From positions 3,776,001 through 3,840,000 of the forward strand of contig OZ245046.1 in assembly GCA_965224245.1 (NCBI GenBank): a stretch of DNA of 64,000 nucleotides, written 5' to 3'. Source of the DNA: Candidatus Eiseniibacteriota bacterium. GTDB lineage: Bacteria > Eisenbacteria > RBG-16-71-46 > CAZAMP01. The position numbers and the translations under genes were made by a program. This document shows, piece by piece, positions 38,118 to 47,500 of this stretch (the stretch's first letter is position 1; every line of letters starts with the position of its first letter). A model generated the notes under the pieces. That model saw nothing but the letters and a program-made list of their open reading frames with translations. It made no database searches and was not told where the DNA came from.

Positions 38118-39251
38118 ATGGATCTGTCGGTCATCCTGACCTATCGGTGCGATTCCAGGTGTTCGATGTGCTACATCTGGAAGAATCCCACGCACCCCGA
38201 TGCCGAGGTCTCGCTGGAGACGCTCTCGAAGCTGCCGAGCGGCTTCGACTACCTGAACGTGACCGGCGGCGAGCCCACGCTCCGCAAGGATCTGATGGAC
38301 GTCGTCGACCTCCTGTATCCCAAGACGATGACGCTGGAGATCAGCTCCAACGGGCTGCACGCCGATCGTCTGGTTCCGATCGTCGAGAAGTACCCGAACG
38401 TCAAGGTCCGCATCAGCGTGGAAGGCTTCGAGGGCACCAACGATCGGATCCGGGGCGAGAAGGGCGGCTTCGAGAAGAAGATCGACACGATGAACCGGCT
38501 CATCGACGCCGGCGGCACCGACCTCGGGTTCGCGACCACGTTCCAGGACGAGAACGTCGACGAGATCGTGGACATGTACCGGCTCACGAAGAAGCTGAAC
38601 ATCGAGTTCGCGACCTCGGCGCTCCACAACGGCTTTCAGTTTCACAAGAACGACAACTACCAGTACGACCGCATGGCGGTGGCCAGACGCGTGGAGGACC
38701 TGATCACCGAGATGTTGAAGTCGAGCTCGGTGAAGTCGTGGTTCCGCGGCTACCTGAACATGGGGCTGATCGAGAAGATCCTCGGCCACGACCGGCTCAT
38801 GCCGTGCACCGCCGGGACCGACTTCATCTTCGTGGACCCGTGGAGCGACGTGTACGCGTGCAACGTCCGGCCGGATCTCCTGATGGGCAACCTCCGGGAG
38901 CAGGAGTGGACGGACATCCTGCACGGCCGCACCGCCTCCGAGCAGCGCGAGAAGGTGGCGGCGTGCGAGCAGAACTGCTGGATGGTGGCCTCGGCGAAGA
39001 CCGCGATGCGACATCCGAAGTACGCGAGGATCCCGAAGTGGGGACCGCTGGCCTGGGTGCTTCGAAACAAGATCCGGGCGACGCTGGGGATTCCGATCCC
39101 GTTTCACCGTTACATCGACTACGCCCACGTGAAGACGGACGACCCCGTGGTGAAGCGCATCAGCTTTCTCGACCGAAACGAGAAGCGGCAGGTCCAGCCG
39201 AAGGAGAGCCGTCGCTACGGGCAGTTCGGCGCCGGCTTCTTCAATCGATGA
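38118..39251 (+). CDS. Radical SAM / SPASM-twitch protein of the type found in capsule loci
   Basis: TYRCDSRCSMC, TGGEP, ISVEG..ND.IRG, PCTAG..DP...VYAC..GN, C...CWM. Confidence 0.92.
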   Translation: MDLSVILTYRCDSRCSMCYIWKNPTHPDAEVSLETLSKLPSGFDYLNVTGGEPTLRKDLMDVVDLLYPKTMTLEISSNGLHADRLVPIVEKYPNVKVRISVEGFEGTNDRIRGEKGGFEKKIDTMNRLIDAGGTDLGFATTFQDENVDEIVDMYRLTKKLNIEFATSALHNGFQFHKNDNYQYDRMAVARRVEDLITEMLKSSSVKSWFRGYLNMGLIEKILGHDRLMPCTAGTDFIFVDPWSDVYACNVRPDLLMGNLREQEWTDILHGRTASEQREKVAACEQNCWMVASAKTAMRHPKYARIPKWGPLAWVLRNKIRATLGIPIPFHRYIDYAHVKTDDPVVKRISFLDRNEKRQVQPKESRRYGQFGAGFFNR

Positions 39252-40387
39252 GAGTGGCCGTTCTCGGCATCAAGACGAAGCCGGCCTCGGCCGGCGCCGA
39301 TCGCGTGGTGGAGAAGCTCCTCGAGGCCACCGGCGAGCCCGGTGCGCCGCCCGACGCGCATCACTACACGATCTACCTGATGGCGCGTCGCGGACCGCGA
39401 CTCCCGGACACGCCCACGCGGCGCCACGTGTACCTGCCGGCGCTGCCGGGGAAGCACCTCGCGGCGTCCAGCTACTTTCTCCTCTGCGCGCTGCACGCGA
39501 CGCTGATCGGCCGATACGACGTCCTGCACGTGCACAACTCGGACTTCGGCCTCTTCTGCCCGCTGCTGCGGCTGTGCCCCGGTCGGCGGATCGTGGGCAC
39601 GTTTCACGGGGATCCGTACCGGCGGGCCAAGTGGGGGCCGCTCGCTCGTCACATCCTCCACTGGAGCGAGCGGCTGTTCGTGGAGTGCGGCGACGTGCTG
39701 ACCTCGGTGTCCCGGCTCAAGGCCAGAGGCTCGGGAATCTGGCGGGAGAAGCCCGTCCGTTACATCCCGAACGGCGTCGACGACGACTGCGGCTTCGACC
39801 TCTCGGATGCATTCGACCACGCGGCTCACGGCACGCGCCCTCGGGGCTACCTCCTGTTCGCGTGCGGCCGGCTCGACCCGACCAAGGGGCTCCATCACCT
39901 GCTGGATGCGCACGCGCGCCTCGCCGGCGCGCCGCCGCTGGTCGTCGTGGGGGACTTCACCCACGACCGGGCCTACTCGGCCATGATCCGCACGCGGTGC
40001 GACACCGACGATCGCATCGTCCTCGTGGAGAGGCTCTTGCCGCGTGAGCAGCTGATCTCGATCGTGCGCGACTGCCTGGCGTTCGTGTTCCCGTCCGAGG
40101 TCGAGGCGATGTCGATGATGCTCCTGGAGGCGGTCTCCTGCCGCCGACCCGTCGTCTGCTCGGACATCCCCGAGAACCTCGCCGTCGTGGGCGAGGACTA
40201 CGCGTTCGCGTATCCGGTGACCGACCCCGGGGCGCTGGCCGAGCGCCTCGGGGCCGTGCTGGCCATGCCGGCCGTCGAGCAAGACACCGTCACGTCCGAG
40301 CTGTTCGATCGATGCATGGCGGAGTTCAGCTGGCCGCGGCTCCGCCGGGCTTACGGCGACGCGTACGAGACGGCGCTGGCCGCCTGA
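39248..40387 (+). CDS. Glycosyltransferase family 4
   Basis: ATGA overlap; HG..Y.RAKWG, IPNG, GRLDPTKG, PSEVEAMSMMLLEA..SDIPEN. Confidence 0.9.
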   Translation: MRVAVLGIKTKPASAGADRVVEKLLEATGEPGAPPDAHHYTIYLMARRGPRLPDTPTRRHVYLPALPGKHLAASSYFLLCALHATLIGRYDVLHVHNSDFGLFCPLLRLCPGRRIVGTFHGDPYRRAKWGPLARHILHWSERLFVECGDVLTSVSRLKARGSGIWREKPVRYIPNGVDDDCGFDLSDAFDHAAHGTRPRGYLLFACGRLDPTKGLHHLLDAHARLAGAPPLVVVGDFTHDRAYSAMIRTRCDTDDRIVLVERLLPREQLISIVRDCLAFVFPSEVEAMSMMLLEAVSCRRPVVCSDIPENLAVVGEDYAFAYPVTDPGALAERLGAVLAMPAVEQDTVTSELFDRCMAEFSWPRLRRAYGDAYETALAA

Positions 40388-40401
40388 CGCCGCGCGAAGG
40401 A

Positions 40402-41289
40402 TCACTCGATCACGCGCTCCAGGACGTCGGAGATCCCGACACGCCCGGCTGCCGAGAGGCCGCCGGGCGGACCCAGCACGCCGACGCCGAGGCCCGACGC
40501 ACCGTCGACCGCGATCAGGATCGCCGCGCGCTCGCAGCCGCGCCGGCGGAGGTACTCCCGGACGCGCTCGAGGTAGAACGCGGTGGCCGACAGCTCGGAT
40601 GCGCGCGCCCCCCCGCCGAACCTCGCGTGCGCGAGATGGGGCGGCGTCGGCTCGGTGTGTCGCGCCCACACGAGGCGCCGCTCGTCGGCGGGCCGCTCCA
40701 GAATCCGGACCGTCTCCAGACCGACCCACGAGGCGTCCCCTTCGGTGAGGTACGACGTGACGTCGGGGACGTCGTCGTGCACGCCGTCCACGAACGCCGG
40801 AACGGCGCCCGCGGGATCCACGGGCGTCGAGGAGATCAGATCGCACCGCCAGCGTGGCCTGAGCGCTCCGGCATCGCCGTCTGCCGACCGGTCGCGCACC
40901 GTCTCGACCAGCGTCGCGAGGAGATCGGCGGCGGTGCACGGGCCTCCGTCGTCCCGCACGACCTCGACCGTGAGCGGTGCGGCGTTCCACTCGGGGGACG
41001 CTTCCAGCTCCTCGAGCGTCGTCCCCTGGACCTCCCAGACGACGATCGGGCACGGCCGCCCGGGCGTGACCGTGTCGAGGATTCGCTCGATCTCGAAGCG
41101 GTTGCGGCGAAACTCGTGCTCGCGCAACGTCAGGTAGCGCTCGCGGGCGAGCCGGTCGCCCAGCCCCAGCCGCACGCCCGCGATCACGAGAACGAACAGC
41201 GCGGCGGCGATCCACGACGCGCGCCGGCCCCGGCGATCCGCCGCGAGCGTCGCGTCGACCGCGACGTCCTCGCCCGGCGTGTCGACCAC
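40402..41289 (-). CDS. Membrane-anchored hypothetical protein (possible degenerate alkaline-phosphatase/sulfatase fold)
   Basis: N-terminal TM; co-oriented 10 bp after the DUF6754 module; fold guess from IVVWEVQG and AAILIAVDG. Confidence 0.55.
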   Translation of the reverse strand: MVDTPGEDVAVDATLAADRRGRRASWIAAALFVLVIAGVRLGLGDRLARERYLTLREHEFRRNRFEIERILDTVTPGRPCPIVVWEVQGTTLEELEASPEWNAAPLTVEVVRDDGGPCTAADLLATLVETVRDRSADGDAGALRPRWRCDLISSTPVDPAGAVPAFVDGVHDDVPDVTSYLTEGDASWVGLETVRILERPADERRLVWARHTEPTPPHLAHARFGGGARASELSATAFYLERVREYLRRRGCERAAILIAVDGASGLGVGVLGPPGGLSAAGRVGISDVLERVIE

Positions 41290-41299
41290 GGCGAGTGCC

Positions 41300-42004
41300 T
41301 CAGAACGGCCCGGAGAGGGGGTTCCGGATCACGTTGATGAGATCGCCCATGCGTCCCGTCAAGAGCGAGATGCGGGCCATCACGGTGTAGCCGAACGAGG
41401 CGCCGAACGTGATCATCAGCACCCAGATCCCGATCCGGCTGGCGCCGCCGAGAGCCCCCTTGTGCGGGGCCGAGAAGAAGAAGTAGACGAGTCCCGTCAC
41501 CGTCCCCACGCAGACCACGATCGCGGTGAGGACGGGCATCAACGACATCGAGGTCGTCTGCACGAGCTCGACGGTGTTGTCGATCTGGGCCAGGAAGTCA
41601 GACTGGAGGAACCGGGTGAGGTTGGTCCCCGCGGCCCAGCCCACGATGAACGCCATCGCCCACCGCGACAGCCAGGCCAGCGGGTGGACGAGGCGCATCA
41701 GCATCAGAACGCCGAGGAGCGCGGCCAGCCAGTAGACCGGCTCCGACTCCGCCCCCGCCTCCAGGCCGACTCCCATGTCGGCGAACGTGCGCGCGGTCCA
41801 CTCCGGCGCCAGCTTCCCGAACAGGTTCGGGACCAGCGTGTTCCAGAATCCGAGCACCATCCAGTACGCGGCCGAGACCCCCACGAACAGGTGCTCGGCG
41901 AACTTGTAGAACGGATTGTCCCTGTACAGGAAGCTGAAGATCATCAGCGTCATCGCCGCCGCGGTCCAGGCCACGATGCGGTCGGCCCAGATTGCATCAG
42001 CCAT
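41300..42004 (-). CDS. Conserved hypothetical membrane protein (DUF6754-associated module, gene 4)
   Basis: SFLYRDNPFYKFAEHLFVGVSAAY..YFFFS..G..LMITFGASFGYTVMARISLL.GR. Confidence 0.85.
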   Translation of the reverse strand: MADAIWADRIVAWTAAAMTLMIFSFLYRDNPFYKFAEHLFVGVSAAYWMVLGFWNTLVPNLFGKLAPEWTARTFADMGVGLEAGAESEPVYWLAALLGVLMLMRLVHPLAWLSRWAMAFIVGWAAGTNLTRFLQSDFLAQIDNTVELVQTTSMSLMPVLTAIVVCVGTVTGLVYFFFSAPHKGALGGASRIGIWVLMITFGASFGYTVMARISLLTGRMGDLINVIRNPLSGPF

Positions 42005-42878
42005 GTCGCCGCTCCCGTCGCTTCGCCGCGATCATCGAGATGTTGCCGATCAGCACGAACAGCAGGATGACGATGTGCGCGATCGTCTGAGGACCCATCT
42101 TGGCCGTGGCCGCACTGACCTGGTCCCGGTCGAAGTCGGCCAGACGCCCGTACTCGCCGAGGAGCGCGGTCTCGTACTCCGCAGCTCCCTGGAGTCCTCC
42201 CATCAGACCGACGAGCTGGCTCGGGTAGTACGGGTAGAGCAGCGGCGCCTCGACGGCGGTCACGCCCCCGCCCACCGGCACGTTCGCCTGGTCGCCGCCG
42301 AACTGGACCCACTCCTTGAGCCCCGGCTTGCCCGATCCGATGCCCAGGATGAAGTCGAGATCACCGAGCCTGGTCAGGTCGCGCGTGATCGCGAACTCCG
42401 AGAGCGGGCGTCCCTCCCGGATGTCGGCGGTGAAGAACCCGAAGTCCGTCACCAGGGAGTTGATCACGCCCTGGTTCCCGACCTTATACCCGAGGTTGAT
42501 CCAGTCGACGCCGTACCGCTTGTCGGGATGCGTGGCCAGCTCGCCCAGGAAGACGCTCTCGATCGTGTCGTCGATCTGCGGAGGGCCCGTTGCCCACAGC
42601 GTCATCATGATCACGCGGATGCCCTTCTCCATGCAGTGCCGGACCAGCGCATCGGCCATCGGCTGGTTCTCGGGCACGGTGCCGGGACCGAAATCGAAGG
42701 AGATCAGGACGCGATCTCCTGCCTCGAGGTCCGACACCGCGTCGTACAGCCTCTGCACGATCGGCGTGGTCGGCATCTCGGCGCGCATCCCCAGCCACAC
42801 CGGGATGAACACCGACAGTCCGATGAAGAGAAAGATCCAGCGGCGATCGAGCTTTCCGAGGCGATCCAGCCACTGCAT
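41997..42878 (-). CDS. Conserved hypothetical membrane protein with periplasmic alpha/beta domain (module gene 3)
   Basis: DRRWIFL, DFGP...E..PM, YGVDWINLGY, PYYP.QLVGLMGGLQGAAEYE, Q.IAH..IGN. Confidence 0.85.
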   Translation of the reverse strand: MQWLDRLGKLDRRWIFLFIGLSVFIPVWLGMRAEMPTTPIVQRLYDAVSDLEAGDRVLISFDFGPGTVPENQPMADALVRHCMEKGIRVIMMTLWATGPPQIDDTIESVFLGELATHPDKRYGVDWINLGYKVGNQGVINSLVTDFGFFTADIREGRPLSEFAITRDLTRLGDLDFILGIGSGKPGLKEWVQFGGDQANVPVGGGVTAVEAPLLYPYYPSQLVGLMGGLQGAAEYETALLGEYGRLADFDRDQVSAATAKMGPQTIAHIVILLFVLIGNISMIAAKRRERRHG

Positions 42879-42879
42879 G

Positions 42880-43560
42880 TCAGTCCTGCCCCAGGTACGA
42901 GCGCTCGAGCCCGAGTATGAGCTTGAGCGACGTCGAGATGATGCCGAGCGCGATCCCCATCTGGATGGCACGCTGGCCGGCCGTGTTGAACGCGGACATG
43001 ATGAACGCGGACAGGTTCGGGATCTCGAGCATGCTGAGCGAATCGGGCAGCCACGAGGTCAGGTAGTAGCCGACCGGCGTGCGTCCGATCAGGATCACGA
43101 ACGCGGCCCCCAGGAGCAGCGACGACTCCACGGTGCGAGCCCGGAACGCGCGAAACGCCGCCGAGGCCACGAAGAACGCGAGCAACGAGAACATCGTCGC
43201 GCCCAGCGGGTAGAACGTCGCCTCGTAGAGCCGATCGAAGAGACCGCCCGAGGCGTCGAACGCCTGACCCGGCTCCACTCCGATCCGGAACAGGCCGACG
43301 ATCAGCATCAACGAGAAGCCGAACAGCGTGACGATGCTGTAGAGCGCGTCGGGGTGCCGGCGCTGCACCTTCATCAGGTGCGCGCGCAGCAGGTTGCCGC
43401 CACCCAGGACGAACGCGAACGTGGCGATGATGTTGAAGAAGTCGCTGAGCTTGCTGTCGAGCTCGTTGAAGGGCTGTCGAGGAACGAAGTGCGCGATGAT
43501 CATGATGACGCCGGTCGCAAAGGCGATCATCAGGGGAACGTTGAGCTTCAACGCGCGCAT
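42880..43560 (-). CDS. Conserved hypothetical multi-TM protein (module gene 2)
   Basis: PL.ATMFSLLAFFVASAAFRAFRAR, IGRTP.G, AGQRAI..GIALG..LGLERSY. Confidence 0.85.
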   Translation of the reverse strand: MRALKLNVPLMIAFATGVIMIIAHFVPRQPFNELDSKLSDFFNIIATFAFVLGGGNLLRAHLMKVQRRHPDALYSIVTLFGFSLMLIVGLFRIGVEPGQAFDASGGLFDRLYEATFYPLGATMFSLLAFFVASAAFRAFRARTVESSLLLGAAFVILIGRTPVGYYLTSWLPDSLSMLEIPNLSAFIMSAFNTAGQRAIQMGIALGIISTSLKLILGLERSYLGQD

Positions 43561-43569
43561 GGCATCGCC

Positions 43570-44766
43570 CTAGTTGACCTTGAACAGCCAGTGAACGCCG
43601 GCGCTCACCGGCTCGATCCGGAACAGGACCGCCAGCACGCCCACCACGATCGCCGTCATGGCGACCAGCTTCCCGATGTCCTGGCCACGAAGACTTCCGA
43701 TCGTCTGCTGGTCTCCGGACAGGTAGGCGCTGGCGGCGAAGAGCTCCTCGCCGATCAGCGTGTAGTCGCAGGCGGCCACGAAGAACGGCAGCTGCGTCGG
43801 CATCGCCGTACCCGCGACCTGGATGGCGCCGATGGAGTTGCCGGTCTCGGCGAGCACGAGCGACTCGGCGAAGAAGGCACCGAGGTAGAAGCACGCGGCC
43901 GGCTTCTGGCGGACCATGATCCCGTCCACGGCCGCCACGTAGCCGAACTGCTCGTCGGTGACGTAGTGCACCATGTCCTCGTTGTAGAGGTCGGGGCGGC
44001 CCGCGGCGAGATAGGCCTCGCGCACCGACTCCCGTCCGGTGGACATGACCAGCGAGCGTGCGACCGGAACGTCGAGCGTGGTCTCGTACTGGGCGACCTT
44101 CGATGCGATCTGCGACAGGATGTTGAGCCCCGCGAGCGTCTGCACGTCGTCGAGATCGTTGATGCCGGGAATGAACAGCACCGCACGACCCATCTCGGTG
44201 GCCCGGCCGACCGCCTCGTCGATCGCCTCCAGCCCCGCGATCTTGCGAATGTAGAGCTGGCGTCCCCGCGCCGCCCAGGCCGTGAAGAAGCCGATCGCGC
44301 CCACCAGGATGGTCAGGATGATGAGCTGGTTGGTGCGTGTCGTGTTGAACCAGTTGGGTCTCGCGGTGATCGCGGTGCTCGGCGTCGAGCGAGCGCTGAT
44401 CGGTCCCGAGAAGAGCTCGACCACGTAGCGAACCGGGCCCTCGCCCGCGGCGGCGTCGTCGTATTCGCTCGCCGGTCCGATGAGCGTGGTCGCCAGCTCG
44501 GTGCCCGCGCCGGTCATGCGAAACACCTGCACACTGTCGACCGAGGCCGGATCAGGCAGCGTCCAGCTCACCCGGAGCGCGCCGCCGGCGTCTCCGGGAC
44601 GATCGACGGCGGTGACGTCGCTGGCGGCGCCGATCGACGTGGACGGGGTCTCGACGAAACGGGGAGGAGGAGCGTCCTGGGCACGAGCCGTCAGGACGGC
44701 CACACACGCGCCCGCGCACGCGACCAGGGTGACGCGCCGGACGGTATCGGAGAAGAGGGCTGTCAC
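43570..44766 (-). CDS. DUF6754-domain membrane protein with N-terminal FN3-like domain (module gene 1)
   Basis: Signal peptide; DRPGDAGG..VSW; IRKIAGLEAIDEAVGRATEMGR..QFGY..F.AESL..QLPFFVAACDYTLIGEELFAASAYLS; start estimated. Confidence 0.82.
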   Translation of the reverse strand: MTALFSDTVRRVTLVACAGACVAVLTARAQDAPPPRFVETPSTSIGAASDVTAVDRPGDAGGALRVSWTLPDPASVDSVQVFRMTGAGTELATTLIGPASEYDDAAAGEGPVRYVVELFSGPISARSTPSTAITARPNWFNTTRTNQLIILTILVGAIGFFTAWAARGRQLYIRKIAGLEAIDEAVGRATEMGRAVLFIPGINDLDDVQTLAGLNILSQIASKVAQYETTLDVPVARSLVMSTGRESVREAYLAAGRPDLYNEDMVHYVTDEQFGYVAAVDGIMVRQKPAACFYLGAFFAESLVLAETGNSIGAIQVAGTAMPTQLPFFVAACDYTLIGEELFAASAYLSGDQQTIGSLRGQDIGKLVAMTAIVVGVLAVLFRIEPVSAGVHWLFKVN

Positions 44767-44821
44767 GTCGGCGAACGGTACGAACGACGCCGGTCCGGCG
44801 CAAGCGTTATCTGGTCGCGGG

Positions 44822-46903
44822 CTAGGGGCGAGCGTTCCCGGCTTCCCGTGACCGGATGAACGCACGAGCCCCCTCCGCGTCGGGATCGTCGGGCGCCAGC
44901 TCGACGAACGCGCGAAGATGCGAGAGCGCCTCGGACATGCGCGCCGCGTCACGCGCCAGGAGGTTGCCGAGGTTGAGTCGGGTGAGCGCGTCCCGGGGAT
45001 CCACCTCCACCGCATGGTCGAGCAGCGCCTCGGCCTCGGCCGCCTCTCCGCGGTTCATCAGGAGGACCGCCAGCGCGTTGAGCGACTGCACCGCGTCGGG
45101 CGCGATCGCCAGCGAGTGCCGAAGCGCCTCCTCCGCGCGCGTCACGTCGCCGCGACGCGTGTACACCAGCGCCCTCAGCTGAAACAGCGCGCTGGAGCGG
45201 GGCGCGAAGTCGAACGCGTCTTGGATCACGGCCAGGGCGTCGTCGTCGCGTCCGTCGGCCACGGCGCGCTGCGCGGCGGCCCGACCGAGCTCCCCGTAGA
45301 GCCGGCGCACGATGGGAACCAGCGTGAACGGTCTCCGGTCGCGGCGCAGGAGCTGGTGCCCGGGGAGTCGGAACCGATAGGCGTCCCACCGCACCGGCGC
45401 CGGCTCGTCGGCGCCCCCGGTATCGGGAACCAGGCGGAACGTCAGCCCCTCGCGCCGGTACGTCAGTCCGTGACCGGCGGTCACCGGCGGGTCGTACTGG
45501 ATCGTGCAGAACGCGCGCCCCCGGAGCTCGGCCGGAGGATCGGCGGCCAGCCGCAGGATGTGGCGCCAGCGCTCGGTTCGCCAGTCTCCGGTGAGCTCGC
45601 GGAAGCCCAGGGTCTGGCGACGCACCTTTCCGGTCATGTCGACGATCGCCACGTCGTCGCGCTCGCCGAGGACGTCTCGATGGAAGACGAACGGCCCCAC
45701 CAGCGTCTCGGTGAGAAGGAACAGGGCGCCGCCCTCGGGTACGTCCCGCAGCACGTTGTGAACGAAGTCGTCCACGATGTGATCGCGCCGGCGCGAGCAC
45801 TCGGGCCGGTTCGCGACGGCCGCGGTCACCACGCACGCGAGGCCGAGCACGGTCGCGATCGCCCGCCGGCGCTCACCGAACACGGGATCGGCGAGCGCCG
45901 ACGCGCCCAGCGCTACCGCGAGCCACGTCGGCATCAAGAGGTAGTTCTCGACGTCGTGAATGGCGTACACGCTCGCGAACCCGAGAATCAACGGGATCGG
46001 CAGCGCGAGGAGCAGGAGTCGCTCCCGATCGCGTCGCCACGACAGCACGAGCCCGGCCATCGCGAGCAGCATCACCAGGAGCGTCAGCGGTCCGACGTCG
46101 GTGCGGGCGATCGACCCGATCAGCTCCCAGGTCGAGCGGACTCCGGCGCCGCCCTCGCTCAGGAGCTCGCTCCGGCTGGCGATGCCGAGCGCGTGATAGA
46201 AGAAGTCCCCCACCCCGCCGATCTGCGCGTAGTCCACCGCGGGCCGCGCGGCGCTCCGGATGGGCAGCAGCGCGAACGCGGTGAACGGAAGCACGAACGC
46301 TCCGATCGACCCCATCACGAGGCGCGGGTGCACCGTCCGCGCGAGCAAGCGGCGGGACACGAGAGCCACCACCCCGGGCAACAGCCACACCATCAACGGC
46401 TGATGCGAGACGGCCAGCCCTCCCACGTACGCCCCGATCACGAGCAAGCGCGGCGCGCCCGTGCGGCGCCAGCGGTCGACGAGGGACAGCGCCGCGAGTC
46501 CCAGGAAGAGCCCCATGGTGTAGACCTCGGCCACGAGTGCCTGCGACCACGTGCCGATCGAGAGGCCCGCCGCGATCGACCAGAGCCCCGCCGCGACCGC
46601 GCTCGAACCGAGCCCGGACAGGAGCAGTGCGAAGGACCCGCCGGCCAGCGCACCCGCGAGCGCCGAGACGAACGTGACCCGGGCCGCCGCCCCCCCCACG
46701 GGCACGAGCGACGCGACCCGGCCGATCAGCGTGTAGGTCGGGTAGCCCGGCTGGTGCGGGATGCCGACGGTGTGGGCCGCGGTGATCAGCTCGGGCGTGT
46801 CACCGCCCACGAGGCCGGGCGCGAGCGTGATCGCGTACGCGGCGAGCAGCACGGCGCTCGCGAGGAGCGCCGCACCGATCGCAGGTGAGGGGCGGGTCGT
46901 CAC
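44822..46903 (-). CDS. DUF2723 / TMEM260-like GT-C glycosyltransferase (putative protein O-mannosyltransferase) with C-terminal TPRs
   Basis: GDTPEL..GIPHQPGYP.Y, WSQALVAEVY, SHQ, YLLMP; TPRs LNALAVLL, RLNLGNLL. Confidence 0.85.
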   Translation of the reverse strand: MTTRPSPAIGAALLASAVLLAAYAITLAPGLVGGDTPELITAAHTVGIPHQPGYPTYTLIGRVASLVPVGGAAARVTFVSALAGALAGGSFALLLSGLGSSAVAAGLWSIAAGLSIGTWSQALVAEVYTMGLFLGLAALSLVDRWRRTGAPRLLVIGAYVGGLAVSHQPLMVWLLPGVVALVSRRLLARTVHPRLVMGSIGAFVLPFTAFALLPIRSAARPAVDYAQIGGVGDFFYHALGIASRSELLSEGGAGVRSTWELIGSIARTDVGPLTLLVMLLAMAGLVLSWRRDRERLLLLALPIPLILGFASVYAIHDVENYLLMPTWLAVALGASALADPVFGERRRAIATVLGLACVVTAAVANRPECSRRRDHIVDDFVHNVLRDVPEGGALFLLTETLVGPFVFHRDVLGERDDVAIVDMTGKVRRQTLGFRELTGDWRTERWRHILRLAADPPAELRGRAFCTIQYDPPVTAGHGLTYRREGLTFRLVPDTGGADEPAPVRWDAYRFRLPGHQLLRRDRRPFTLVPIVRRLYGELGRAAAQRAVADGRDDDALAVIQDAFDFAPRSSALFQLRALVYTRRGDVTRAEEALRHSLAIAPDAVQSLNALAVLLMNRGEAAEAEALLDHAVEVDPRDALTRLNLGNLLARDAARMSEALSHLRAFVELAPDDPDAEGARAFIRSREAGNARP

Positions 46904-47463
46904 GGATGCGAGGGCTCGGGCGGATCGGCCGGCACCGGGATGCCGAGCTTCGTCTCGGCCGTCTTGTGCGCCTTCAAGATCGTCTTGAACGCCGCGAACA
47001 GCACGCGGGTCCGCTCACGGACGCGCGTGTCGAGCTCGGCCTGCTCGTCGGCCGACCGCTCGTCCTCCGCGATCGCGTCGTCCAGCCACACCCCGAGCTC
47101 GGCGGCATCGCGCCGGGCCTGTCGGGCGGTCAGCGACATGCGCGCGACGTCGACCGAGATCAGCACCGCCTCCTCGTCGCTGATCACGTGGGTCAGCTCG
47201 TCGGCCCGGCGCTCGATCTCGTGGGCCAGCGTCTCCATCTCGAGCGCGTTGTCGCGGGCGAGCACGAGATTCCAGCCGGGCTCGGACAGCTCGTGATGAA
47301 GCATCGTGGCGTGCTTGGATCCCGCATACGCGCGGATGCCCATGTGGTAGTGGTGATGCGCGTGATTGGCGGTCGCCCACGCGCCGTTCGCGAGCAGAAC
47401 GCCCGCGACTCCCGCGATGAGGAGCGCGCGCCGGGGTCCTCGAGAGCTCGTCATGTACCGCAT
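46900..47463 (-). CDS. Secreted His-rich helical hypothetical protein
   Basis: GAGGAGG RBS; signal peptide AWA; HAHHHYHM; stop overlaps the DUF2723 start. Confidence 0.7.
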   Translation of the reverse strand: MRYMTSSRGPRRALLIAGVAGVLLANGAWATANHAHHHYHMGIRAYAGSKHATMLHHELSEPGWNLVLARDNALEMETLAHEIERRADELTHVISDEEAVLISVDVARMSLTARQARRDAAELGVWLDDAIAEDERSADEQAELDTRVRERTRVLFAAFKTILKAHKTAETKLGIPVPADPPEPSHP

Positions 47464-47500
47464 CGTGGCCTCCTCGACTTGACGTCGTCGCACGCGATCG

